Of a DNA stretch of 40,696 bases, positions 16,920-24,680 are shown piece after piece. This DNA is from a virus (taxonomy: Duplodnaviria; Caudoviricetes), in IMG/VR virus record IMGVR_UViG_3300038393_001363, positions 1-40,696 of that record, one strand, 5' to 3'. The notes under the pieces are model-generated. The model was not told where the DNA came from. It was given only the letters and a program-made list of their open reading frames with translations, and made no database searches. The position numbers were made by a program, and so were the translations under genes. Numbering within the stretch: the first letter of the stretch is position 1; every line of letters starts with the position of its first letter.

Positions 16920-17426
16920 TCATTCATGTTTAGTTTGGTCCGGGTCTTCGTTTTCAAGGCAATACTCGAAGCGGTAGGCGTCCTCCTCCAAGCCTAGATC
17001 ATTGAAAGCGTTGCGGATCACCTTCACGGCTTTGAACCCCATTTTGCGGAGGAACAACTGAAAGGCGACATTCGTTTCACGTATTTCAATGCTGGCGACC
17101 CTCCTCCGGTCGTGATGGAGCTTGGATTGTATTTTTTTAACGAGGGCCGTTCCAACGCCGTGACGAAAAAATTCAGAGTCGACGGTCAGGCGTTGGATTT
17201 CGACCACATCCCGCGTTAGATTGACGAGGCAGAAGCCGACGACCCGCTCGCCGCGAATCGCCGAGTAGCCGACCGCCGTCCTCGGATTAAACGCTCGGAG
17301 ATAGTCGGACGCGGACCAGGGATCAATGCTCGACCTTCGCTCGATGTCGACGATCTCGATCGTGTCGCTGCGCTTCGTGTGGCGGACGCCGATCTGCATT
17401 CGGGTCCGCAGTTGGCTCGTGCTCAT
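16920..17426 (-). CDS. RimI-like GNAT N-acetyltransferase
   Basis: VVGF...I.RLTV...F.RHGVGTALV (acetyl-CoA motif A), EIRETN..FQLFL.KMGFKA, EDAY; GGAGG RBS before 17426. Confidence 0.85.
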   Translation of the reverse strand: MSTSQLRTRMQIGVRHTKRSDTIEIVDIERRSSIDPWSASDYLRAFNPRTAVGYSAIRGERVVGFCLVNLTRDVVEIQRLTVDSEFFRHGVGTALVKKIQSKLHHDRRRVASIEIRETNVAFQLFLRKMGFKAVKVIRNAFNDLGLEEDAYRFEYCLENEDPDQTKHE

Positions 17427-17860
17427 TGATTGGCATCCTCCGTGTTGGCGAGATCCTTGCAGGCTTCCCACGCCGCAACGCCGTCATCGAAGCCCCACGT
17501 CCACGCCTTGGATACATGTTCGTCGGATCGATCCCATTGGTATCCGTCCCACCCACCCATGAATCCGACGCAGTAATGCTTGGAGAGATTCCAGTCGGAT
17601 TTCATGCAGTAATAAATAACCGAAGAATCGAAGTCGTCCGCGTAATCACGGCCCTCTCGACCGGATTGCATCAGCATCACAAGGCCGCAGCGACAGTCTT
17701 CGCCGTTCATGACCACCTGCGACGGCTTGAGATTTGACGCGATGAATAATTCGCGTAGCTTCGCGGGGTCGACTCGATCGGTCTTGGACTCCTTCTCCAC
17801 TTCGCGATCGAAGGCTTTACTCTGCTCAGGCGTCATTTGCTCGAACTTTCGGTGTTGCAT
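17423..17860 (-). CDS. Hypothetical protein
   Basis: GGAGGGAG RBS; first gene after the 17903-17931 promoter. Confidence 0.75.
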   Translation of the reverse strand: MQHRKFEQMTPEQSKAFDREVEKESKTDRVDPAKLRELFIASNLKPSQVVMNGEDCRCGLVMLMQSGREGRDYADDFDSSVIYYCMKSDWNLSKHYCVGFMGGWDGYQWDRSDEHVSKAWTWGFDDGVAAWEACKDLANTEDANQ

Positions 17861-17902
17861 TTGGATCTCCCTCCATCTTGAATTTTTTGCTCACCTCTCA
17901 GA

Positions 17903-17935
17903 ACAATAACAAAATCATTGCCGATAGTCAATGAT
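17903..17935 (-). promoter_or_regulatory. Sigma70 promoter overlapped by the perfect inverted repeat ATCATTG-N8-CAATGAT
   Basis: Minus strand TTGACT-17-TATTGT (TGn extended); atcattg-ccgatagt-caatgat at 17914-17935. Confidence 0.75.
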
Positions 17936-17968
17936 AAAAAGAAAAACCCCGCCGATTTCTCGACGGGG
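17936..17968 (-). terminator. Intrinsic terminator after the large LamG/GH-like gene
   Basis: Minus strand CCCCGTCGA-gaaa-TCGGCGGGG-TTTTTCTTTTT. Confidence 0.85.
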
Positions 17969-18021
17969 CTCGCTTCATCACAGGTTGTTATAACTTATAA
18001 CGGATCGTTATAGACCGGCGA

Positions 18022-21000
18022 TCAGAGGACGCGGCGGATCGGCAAGGCCCGGCGCCCGACCTTGGGCAGTTCCGGCGGCGTCGGCGGCGGGGGCGTCTCC
18101 GACGTGACGCGGACGCTGAGGTTGACGAACCCAGACCCGCGTCTTCGCTTCGGCCTCCCCGCCAGCGTGATCCGGTGCGGAACGTCCACGTTGGTCGGCG
18201 GCGTGTTGTAGTTGGTGTACGCCAGGTTGTAGTCGATGTCGGCCTGGCGTCGTACCGACACGCAGTTGAGGGCCTGGCTGACGGTCGGATGCTTCGACCC
18301 GGCCTGGCCCTGCACCGCGAGGAACAGGCGGTTGTCGACGCTGCCGTTGCGGCCGTCGCCGTAGCCCGCCGGCTGGCCGTCCCATTCCGTGTCGCCCCAG
18401 ATCGCCCAATACGTCCCGCCCGCGATGTTGAGCGGGCCGTCTGGCGCCTGGCAACTGTTGAAGTTGATGAACCCGTGCTTGCCCGTCCCGCCCGCCATCA
18501 GGTAGTAGGCGTAGATCAGGTCGTAGCAGACGTTGTAGGTGTTGGGGTCGTACATGATGTCGGCGTTGCGGGCCGCGCCGTTCGTGATCGGATCCCACGG
18601 CTGGGGGATCATCGAGTCGAGGCCGCCCTCGTAGTGGATCAACTCGACGTCCTTCCCGGTCAGCAACTTGTGCTTGGCCCACGCCGCGCCGTCGTTGCGG
18701 ATCGCCGCGCTGGTCCCGGTCGTGTTGCGGAGCATGTCGAACAGGATCAGGTCGCCGAGTTGGCCGGTGTCGTAACTGTTGAACGCCGTCGTCATCGCGG
18801 TCGACGCGGCCGGTCGGAAGTATGGGGCCGACGAGCAGACGTCGATGTCGACGCCCAACGCCCGGCATCGCGTCAGGATCGTGTCGATGTTGCCCAACTG
18901 CCACGGCATCGCCAGCAGGACTTCCGACCCGCGCCCGATCTCGTCGAAGACCGACTTGACGATGTCGAAGACGGCCTTGGAGCGGAGGATCCACGAGTCC
19001 GTCGTGGTGTTCCCCGTGAGGCCCTGCATCTGGCTCGCCTTGATGTTGGCGTTCACGAACGGGAACGTGAAATTCCACGTCTCGTTGGCCAACTCGACGA
19101 CCACCTTGTGCTTGCCCGCCGGCAGACTGTCGCGGAGGGTCCGCGCGGCCGCGACGGCGAAATCGTCCGTCCCGCAGTACGGCAGGTTGAACCAGTGGTA
19201 CGCGCCGGGCGACTGCTTCGTGATCGCCGCCGTCAACTCGATGGGATACACCGCGCCGGGGGTGCTGACGCCGTTGCCGAGCGACTGGTCGACGCCGTTG
19301 ACGACGTGCGGCGTGGGGTCGAACGGCTGCGTCCCGTAGAGCACCGGGTTCGCGAGCGGAACCTGGATCGCCATGTACAGGGACTTCGGCCCCGTCACCT
19401 GGAAGTTCTGGGTGTAGCCGGTCTGGTCCTGCCAGGCGAATTTGGTCGGGTCGTCCTGGCTCTGGCAGAAGTAGCAGGCGGATCGCCCGACGCCGACCGT
19501 CCCGCTCGTGTGCGTCGCCGCGCCGCCCGAGACGTTGCGGGCGACGGTGATCGTACCGGCCCCCTGGTTCGCGGCCGTGACCCGAACCACCTCGCTGTCG
19601 AACTTGATCCGCAGCCCGGACGCGAGATACGTCCAGTCGGGCGTCGAGACGTTGAACGTCGACTGGCTTGTGGTCGTCACGTCGGCGGTCAACGTGACGT
19701 TGATCCGCGCCAGGGGGTTCATGTCGTCCCACAGCGGGGTCGACATCCAGATCCCCGGTTTCAGTTTGTGCTGCGTCGTGAAGTGGAGGTTGGCCGGCGC
19801 GAACCCGGCGATCGTCGTCTGCACCGGGTCGGTGTTCGGCAGCCGGTAGCGGACGGCGATCGGCCCGGCCGAGTGGGTCGCGGGCGTCGTCCTTTCCGAC
19901 CCGCGAACGACCGTGATCAGCGTCGGATCGTTGTCGTCCACGTCGATGACCCGCATGACCTCGCTGTCGGCCACGATCCGCAGCCCGACGAAGACCGGCG
20001 CGGTCGCCGCGTCCGGGATCGAGATCGTCTGCACCGTGCCGGCCGCCGGCGCAGTCGTGATGTCGGCCCCCAGCGTCGCACTGAAGGTCTCGGCCCCCGG
20101 CACGAACCACGGGTAGTAGAAGTACGGGACGCTGGTCGTCGTCAGCGGCTCGGCGTAGTCGTATCGCGGGGTGACGTCGAACTTGAACTGCCCGGCGTAG
20201 TACATATCCGTCGCCAGCCGCATGTCCTCGGGCTCGGACGCCATGCTGAACCCGTACGTGCTGTCCATGTACCGCATGACGCCCGTGCCGTTGACCATCG
20301 AATCGAGGATCGTCTGGCTGGGTCCGTCCGCGACCGAGGGGGTGCGGTCGAGCACGACGGGTCCGGGCGTCGCCGGCGGCGTCCAGTCCTTCGGGCCGTA
20401 GATCACGAGGTTCGAGTAGTTCGGCGTCCCGTTGGGGGCCGAGATGTTCAGGAACATCGCCGTGAACGGGAGCTGGTACTGGACGAGGCACGCGGTCCCA
20501 TTCGTGTGCGTCGCCGCCGTCGAGCCGAACTGCCCGCGCGTCACGGTGATCTGCTTCGCGCCGGTGTTGACGGCGGTGATGTTCATGTACTCGTCGTCGA
20601 TCTTGATCCACTGCGACGGTAGGCTTTGGAAGTTGAGACCCAGGATGTTGGTGACGCTGTTGAGCGTCAGCGTCGTCTGGGTCGTCGTGGTCACGGCCGC
20701 CGCCAGCGTGAAGTTGAGCGACGCGATCTCGACGTCGAAGACCGAGCCCTTGCCGATCCCGGACGCGTCGCCGGGGTTTCGCCAGGCCGTCAGTTCGACC
20801 ACCTGGCCGGACGAGCCGCCCGAGAGCGTGATCGTCGTCGGGTTGGACAGGTCGTTGTCGTCGTACTGCAACGCCCACTTGCCGAGCTGGAGCGGGACGC
20901 CCGTGCGGTCGAGCGGGTTCTTGTAGGTCGTGTCGTTGAGCAGGACCGCCGTGTAGTTCGACGCGATCGTCCCGTCCGCGCGGAGGGTCGGCGCTCCGGT

Positions 21001-22185
21001 GACGGTCGAATCGTAGCCCAGCCCGTGGATGCGGTTCTTGAACGCCTTCTCCGGGGACCAGTATTTGCCGCCCGGCCCGGTGTGGTTCTGGCCCTTGCGG
21101 GTCACGGGCGGAAGGTCGATGAACAGCGGACGTTCGGCGCTGTTGACCAGGGGCAGGTCGTCCATCCCCGCCGCGTAGCCGACCGCCGTGGCGAAGAAAT
21201 CGTCGGCCGCCGTCATCGTGACGACGTCGCCGTGGTGGATCTGGTAGCCTGTCGGCAGGGTCCACATCAGGCCGGTGTGGTTGCTGGTGTAGAACGGGGC
21301 GTTCAGGGCGACCGGCGCGCCGCCGTTGATCTTGATCGTCTGCGTCCCGGTCACGCTGTTGGCCGTCACGTTGATCGGCTGCCCGGTCGTGCTGATCTTC
21401 GCCGTCAGCCCGATCGCGCGGCCGGAAGACAGCACGGTCGGCGTGTCGTAAATCGCCGCGCTGACGAACGGCATGACATTGCCGTACGTGAGCGTCGTCC
21501 CCGGCGTGTTCTGCCCGATGTACCTCGTCAGGTTGAACGTGCCGTCGAGCACGTTGGCCAGGCCGGCGTCGCCGTCGACCGGGGTGACGCCCGGAACGCC
21601 GATGAGCGGCCAGTAGCCGCGCCAGGTCGCGCCCACGCCGATCGTGTTCGGGTCGACGCCCGAAGCCAGGTCGAACACGTCCTGCTGGGTCAGAACGTAT
21701 CCGTTCCACCAGCACAGGCCCTCGATCTCGAAGTCGCGTGCCTGCGTCGCCGAGTCGGACTGCACGCCGAGGCTCAACGCCGTGTTGTCGCTGAGCAGGA
21801 CGTTCGACTGCGGCGTCCCCAGCAGCGATTTGACCACGTTCAGGTACACTGCCTGCGACGAAGCGTTGTCCTTGTCGTAGGTGACGGCGACGTGGTTGAC
21901 GATGTTCGTGTTGATGACGGGCGTCAGGCTCGCCGCGCCGCCGCCGGTCACGCCGATCCGGATGTAAATCTGGGGCGTCGTCGTCCCGGCCTGGGACGCG
22001 ACGTACGCCCGGTCGTAGAGCATGTTGCCCTTGCCGATGTACGGGCAGTCGAGGTTGCCCTGCGGGAAGTCGGGTGGCGTGTGGATCTTGATGCGGTAGG
22101 CGAAGCTGATCTTCGACTGGCCCGCGCCGATCGTGGTGTTGTTGGACGTGCGGAGCCCCGAGGCCCCGGTGAAGCGAACGGACAT
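18022..22185 (-). CDS. Large multidomain protein: LamG/ConA-like N-terminus, three ~70-aa beta repeats, glycoside-hydrolase-like domain
   Basis: Start MSVRFTG at 22185; NHVAVTYD...VYLN...IEGLCWWN.VLT (LamG-like); RYMD...WFNLPY..TDDF...VVVELANETWN...YEGG (clan-A GH-like pattern); strong GC3 bias. Confidence 0.8.
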   Translation of the reverse strand: MSVRFTGASGLRTSNNTTIGAGQSKISFAYRIKIHTPPDFPQGNLDCPYIGKGNMLYDRAYVASQAGTTTPQIYIRIGVTGGGAASLTPVINTNIVNHVAVTYDKDNASSQAVYLNVVKSLLGTPQSNVLLSDNTALSLGVQSDSATQARDFEIEGLCWWNGYVLTQQDVFDLASGVDPNTIGVGATWRGYWPLIGVPGVTPVDGDAGLANVLDGTFNLTRYIGQNTPGTTLTYGNVMPFVSAAIYDTPTVLSSGRAIGLTAKISTTGQPINVTANSVTGTQTIKINGGAPVALNAPFYTSNHTGLMWTLPTGYQIHHGDVVTMTAADDFFATAVGYAAGMDDLPLVNSAERPLFIDLPPVTRKGQNHTGPGGKYWSPEKAFKNRIHGLGYDSTVTGAPTLRADGTIASNYTAVLLNDTTYKNPLDRTGVPLQLGKWALQYDDNDLSNPTTITLSGGSSGQVVELTAWRNPGDASGIGKGSVFDVEIASLNFTLAAAVTTTTQTTLTLNSVTNILGLNFQSLPSQWIKIDDEYMNITAVNTGAKQITVTRGQFGSTAATHTNGTACLVQYQLPFTAMFLNISAPNGTPNYSNLVIYGPKDWTPPATPGPVVLDRTPSVADGPSQTILDSMVNGTGVMRYMDSTYGFSMASEPEDMRLATDMYYAGQFKFDVTPRYDYAEPLTTTSVPYFYYPWFVPGAETFSATLGADITTAPAAGTVQTISIPDAATAPVFVGLRIVADSEVMRVIDVDDNDPTLITVVRGSERTTPATHSAGPIAVRYRLPNTDPVQTTIAGFAPANLHFTTQHKLKPGIWMSTPLWDDMNPLARINVTLTADVTTTSQSTFNVSTPDWTYLASGLRIKFDSEVVRVTAANQGAGTITVARNVSGGAATHTSGTVGVGRSACYFCQSQDDPTKFAWQDQTGYTQNFQVTGPKSLYMAIQVPLANPVLYGTQPFDPTPHVVNGVDQSLGNGVSTPGAVYPIELTAAITKQSPGAYHWFNLPYCGTDDFAVAAARTLRDSLPAGKHKVVVELANETWNFTFPFVNANIKASQMQGLTGNTTTDSWILRSKAVFDIVKSVFDEIGRGSEVLLAMPWQLGNIDTILTRCRALGVDIDVCSSAPYFRPAASTAMTTAFNSYDTGQLGDLILFDMLRNTTGTSAAIRNDGAAWAKHKLLTGKDVELIHYEGGLDSMIPQPWDPITNGAARNADIMYDPNTYNVCYDLIYAYYLMAGGTGKHGFINFNSCQAPDGPLNIAGGTYWAIWGDTEWDGQPAGYGDGRNGSVDNRLFLAVQGQAGSKHPTVSQALNCVSVRRQADIDYNLAYTNYNTPPTNVDVPHRITLAGRPKRRRGSGFVNLSVRVTSETPPPPTPPELPKVGRRALPIRRVL
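19496..20712 (-). repeat. Three degenerate intragenic domain repeats (~20487-20712, ~19859-20080, ~19496-19699)
   Basis: Consensus TL.A.vTT..Q.T......I..D.E.m.V..........ITV.RG..g...ATH..G, seen three times. Confidence 0.75.
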
Positions 22186-22371
22186 GGGAAGGGACTCCGA
22201 TGTAGGAGCGGTGCGGGCGGGATGATGGAGATGAGTGCGACGCGCGATTGCGTCTTCGATGCGGGAGGTGCGAGGCGGGAAGGGAACCGGCGTCCTTGCC
22301 GGCGAGGGGACCATCTTGTTGGCGTCAGCAAAATGGTCGGCGAGGGCGACTATTAGGAATTTCCGAAGAGT

Positions 22372-22635
22372 TCAGTCGTCTTCCGGCAACTCCAGGATTT
22401 CGCTGTCGAACATGCTGTTATAGAGACAGAAGCACGGCTTGCAAAAGCAGACGAGGATCGCAACCCGGCGACCTTCGGGGTCGTCGATGCGGGTCGCGAA
22501 GTAAATTGGGTCGTCGTCGGACCCTCTTCGCGTACGGTCGTATTCCGGCAGCGGGTCTCCGCACCACTCGCAGGGACGAGCCGCATAAGGATTCGAGTCG
22601 CCCTGGAGTTGGCCGTCGATATAGAGGAAGGGCAT
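22372..22635 (-). CDS. Small Zn-finger protein
   Basis: CEWC...CFCKPC; TGATG coupling. Confidence 0.65.
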   Translation of the reverse strand: MPFLYIDGQLQGDSNPYAARPCEWCGDPLPEYDRTRRGSDDDPIYFATRIDDPEGRRVAILVCFCKPCFCLYNSMFDSEILELPEDD

Positions 22636-23348
22636 CAGCGTCCGTTGTTGCCGTTGGCGTTGGGATCATAGATGCCGCTTGAGGCGAGATAACTCAGAAC
22701 GCCGCCTGTTGGGGCGATCAACATCTCGGTCATCGGTGGAAAGCGATTGCCTCTGTGTTGCCGCGTTGCAGACGCCAGTGACTTGTGGAGTCGGATCGCG
22801 CACGCGACGCCGAAACTAACCTTGCCGCCGGATCTCAGATTCTTCTCGGCGAGTTCGACGGCCTTGCGGGCGGCCTCTTCGCTGACCCCATATACGGCGT
22901 CCGAATCGTAGCCTGCGTGCTCGCTGTAAAGTCTTGACAACTTGCGATCCTGGACGCGGAGAGCGTCATCCTTTTCCTTGACCGCCGCGTCAACATGATC
23001 GGCCGCCAGTTTCAGCGCGGCGTTGAGGTCCGCGATGCGACTGTCCTTTGCGTCCAGGGCGCGGTCGTAGGACGCATTCAATTCCTTGAGGGCCGAATTC
23101 TCCCTCTCCAACGCCTCGCACCGTTCCTTGAACTTCACGAAGTCGCCGACGAATCGGTTATGGTAGGCTGTCACTGATTCGAGCGACGCCCGGCTCGCGT
23201 CCGCTTCCACGACGCACTCGTCTCGCTGCTCGACCAAATTCTTGATCTCGCCGAGATAGACGTCCCGGCAGTGCTCCAGCCGGTCGATGTACGCGTTGGT
23301 TCGCGCGAAGGGGATCGTCTTACGCAAACGCTTTCCGTGGCGGATCAT
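22635..23348 (-). CDS. Coiled-coil hypothetical protein
   Basis: 237 aa with heptad-rich core; GAGGGAG RBS. Confidence 0.75.
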   Translation of the reverse strand: MIRHGKRLRKTIPFARTNAYIDRLEHCRDVYLGEIKNLVEQRDECVVEADASRASLESVTAYHNRFVGDFVKFKERCEALERENSALKELNASYDRALDAKDSRIADLNAALKLAADHVDAAVKEKDDALRVQDRKLSRLYSEHAGYDSDAVYGVSEEAARKAVELAEKNLRSGGKVSFGVACAIRLHKSLASATRQHRGNRFPPMTEMLIAPTGGVLSYLASSGIYDPNANGNNGR

Positions 23349-23575
23349 TCTCGTGAAACTCCCTCGGTCGTGATGAGGCCGACGCGGGCCATGTTGAACT
23401 TGTGGAGGCGTGTCAATTCGGCGAGTTCGTCGTCGGTGAGATCGGCTTGCGTGTAGAAGCGTTGGATAAGCGAGATGAGGCGTCCGTGGTCAAACGGGTC
23501 CGTAGTCGATGCCGCTTCCGCCGAGGAATCGCTTGAGCTGGTCGATGTTGTCGGCGTGTCGCTTAAACTCAGCAT
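23345..23575 (-). CDS. Possible small hypothetical protein (start uncertain, overlaps the upstream gene)
   Basis: 3' part fills the 23345-23490 gap and ends in an ATGA overlap; the in-frame starts I found lie inside the upstream ORF. Confidence 0.35.
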   Translation of the reverse strand: MLSLSDTPTTSTSSSDSSAEAASTTDPFDHGRLISLIQRFYTQADLTDDELAELTRLHKFNMARVGLITTEGVSRE

Positions 23576-23891
23576 CCCCTGGGTGGAGACGCCTGACGGC
23601 TTCGGCTTGACGCGAGTCCGGGCCATGCTTCCCAACCGTGTTCGAGTAGCGAATCACCTTTTCCGCCATCGACATCGACGGCGCGTTGGGGTCGGGCGTG
23701 ACTCGGGTGTTCCAGGCGACGGCGGCATCCTGTTTGGTGTGGAATTCGCCGAGGTCGCAACCGCACTCGCCGCAACTCGGAACCCAGACGTCGCTGGGGT
23801 AGTCGGAATAGTGGTAGTCGTGCGGCCGATCGATCTGGCCTTCGCCGCCACAGAATGGGCACGTAAGTAGTTCGTCGTGGACGTCGTTCAT
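23490..23891 (-). CDS. Lar-family Zn-finger protein with C-terminal extension
   Basis: LLTCPFCGGE...CGECG...AAVAWNTR. Confidence 0.75.
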   Translation of the reverse strand: MNDVHDELLTCPFCGGEGQIDRPHDYHYSDYPSDVWVPSCGECGCDLGEFHTKQDAAVAWNTRVTPDPNAPSMSMAEKVIRYSNTVGKHGPDSRQAEAVRRLHPGDAEFKRHADNIDQLKRFLGGSGIDYGPV

Positions 23892-24157
23892 GGCTTCACC
23901 TTCCTCGCCTTCTCGATCGCATCCCGGTTCGGGTGCCGATATTCCATGAACGGGTCGTGGACGAACTGACCGTCGCCGTTTTTCAGACGGCACCAGTATC
24001 TTCCCGTCTCCGGTCGCCAATCGAACGTCGCATCGAGTTCCTTGAGGAGTTCGACGAACTTGTGCTGCCAGTCTTCCGGCATTGCTTCGAGGATGGACCG
24101 GGGGACAGTCAAGTAATTTGCGTACGTTAATTCAAACCAACCGTGGATATCGTTCAT
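23888..24157 (-). CDS. Conserved-type phage hypothetical protein
   Basis: HGWFELTYANYLTVPRSILEAMPEDWQ..FV.LL.EL...DP...YR pattern. Confidence 0.75.
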   Translation of the reverse strand: MNDIHGWFELTYANYLTVPRSILEAMPEDWQHKFVELLKELDATFDWRPETGRYWCRLKNGDGQFVHDPFMEYRHPNRDAIEKARKVKP

Positions 24158-24375
24158 TCGCCCCTCTGGATCTTCTGGAGTTCGTCGCGGATGTCGACGA
24201 GAGTTTTCTCGATGATCTCGACGCGATTCCAGAGTTGTTCCATTGGCGTTACGAGTCGGGAACTGGTCGCGGTGACATAGTTCGCGGGCGGCGGCGGCGG
24301 CGGCGCAGGCGATGCGTTCGGCTTGCTGGTGAAATCGCGGGGATACGGGCAGGGGTTCGGCATCTTGGCTCCCAT
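24154..24375 (-). CDS. Pro-rich / coiled-coil small protein
   Basis: AAGGAG RBS; TAATG overlap; PAPPPPPP then heptads. Confidence 0.6.
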   Translation of the reverse strand: MGAKMPNPCPYPRDFTSKPNASPAPPPPPPANYVTATSSRLVTPMEQLWNRVEIIEKTLVDIRDELQKIQRGE

Positions 24376-24629
24376 TAGTCGATCTCCTTGGGCTTGAATC
24401 TCGTTTTTCGGAAACGCTTCCAGTTCCGTTGCAATCTGATCTGGCCTTCGCCTGCGTAGCCGTCTCGGAGGCGAGAAGCGGATCGAGCGAGCCTGCCAAA
24501 CGCCTTGTCCCAAAGCCGCTTCTCTTGATAGAGGCTGAACCATCGGGTTCGCCATCTGTGCAACGGCCTTGGGTGAGGGTTCAGCCAGTAATGCCCTTCC
24601 GGCTTATTCCGCTCCCGCCAACCCATCAC
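24375..24629 (-). CDS. Basic hypothetical protein
   Basis: GGAGG RBS before GTG/ATG (MGWRERNK...). Confidence 0.5.
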   Translation of the reverse strand: MMGWRERNKPEGHYWLNPHPRPLHRWRTRWFSLYQEKRLWDKAFGRLARSASRLRDGYAGEGQIRLQRNWKRFRKTRFKPKEID

Positions 24630-24680
24630 AACGCCTCCGGAAAGGCGACCAGCGTCCATGCTGGTCGCGTATCTCAATGG

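Noticed and set aside
18008-22356. Long overlapping ORFs (1235 aa minus; 815 and 576 aa plus)
   Set aside because: Arg/Gly/Pro-rich shadow frames caused by the strong GC3 bias of the real 18022..22185 gene
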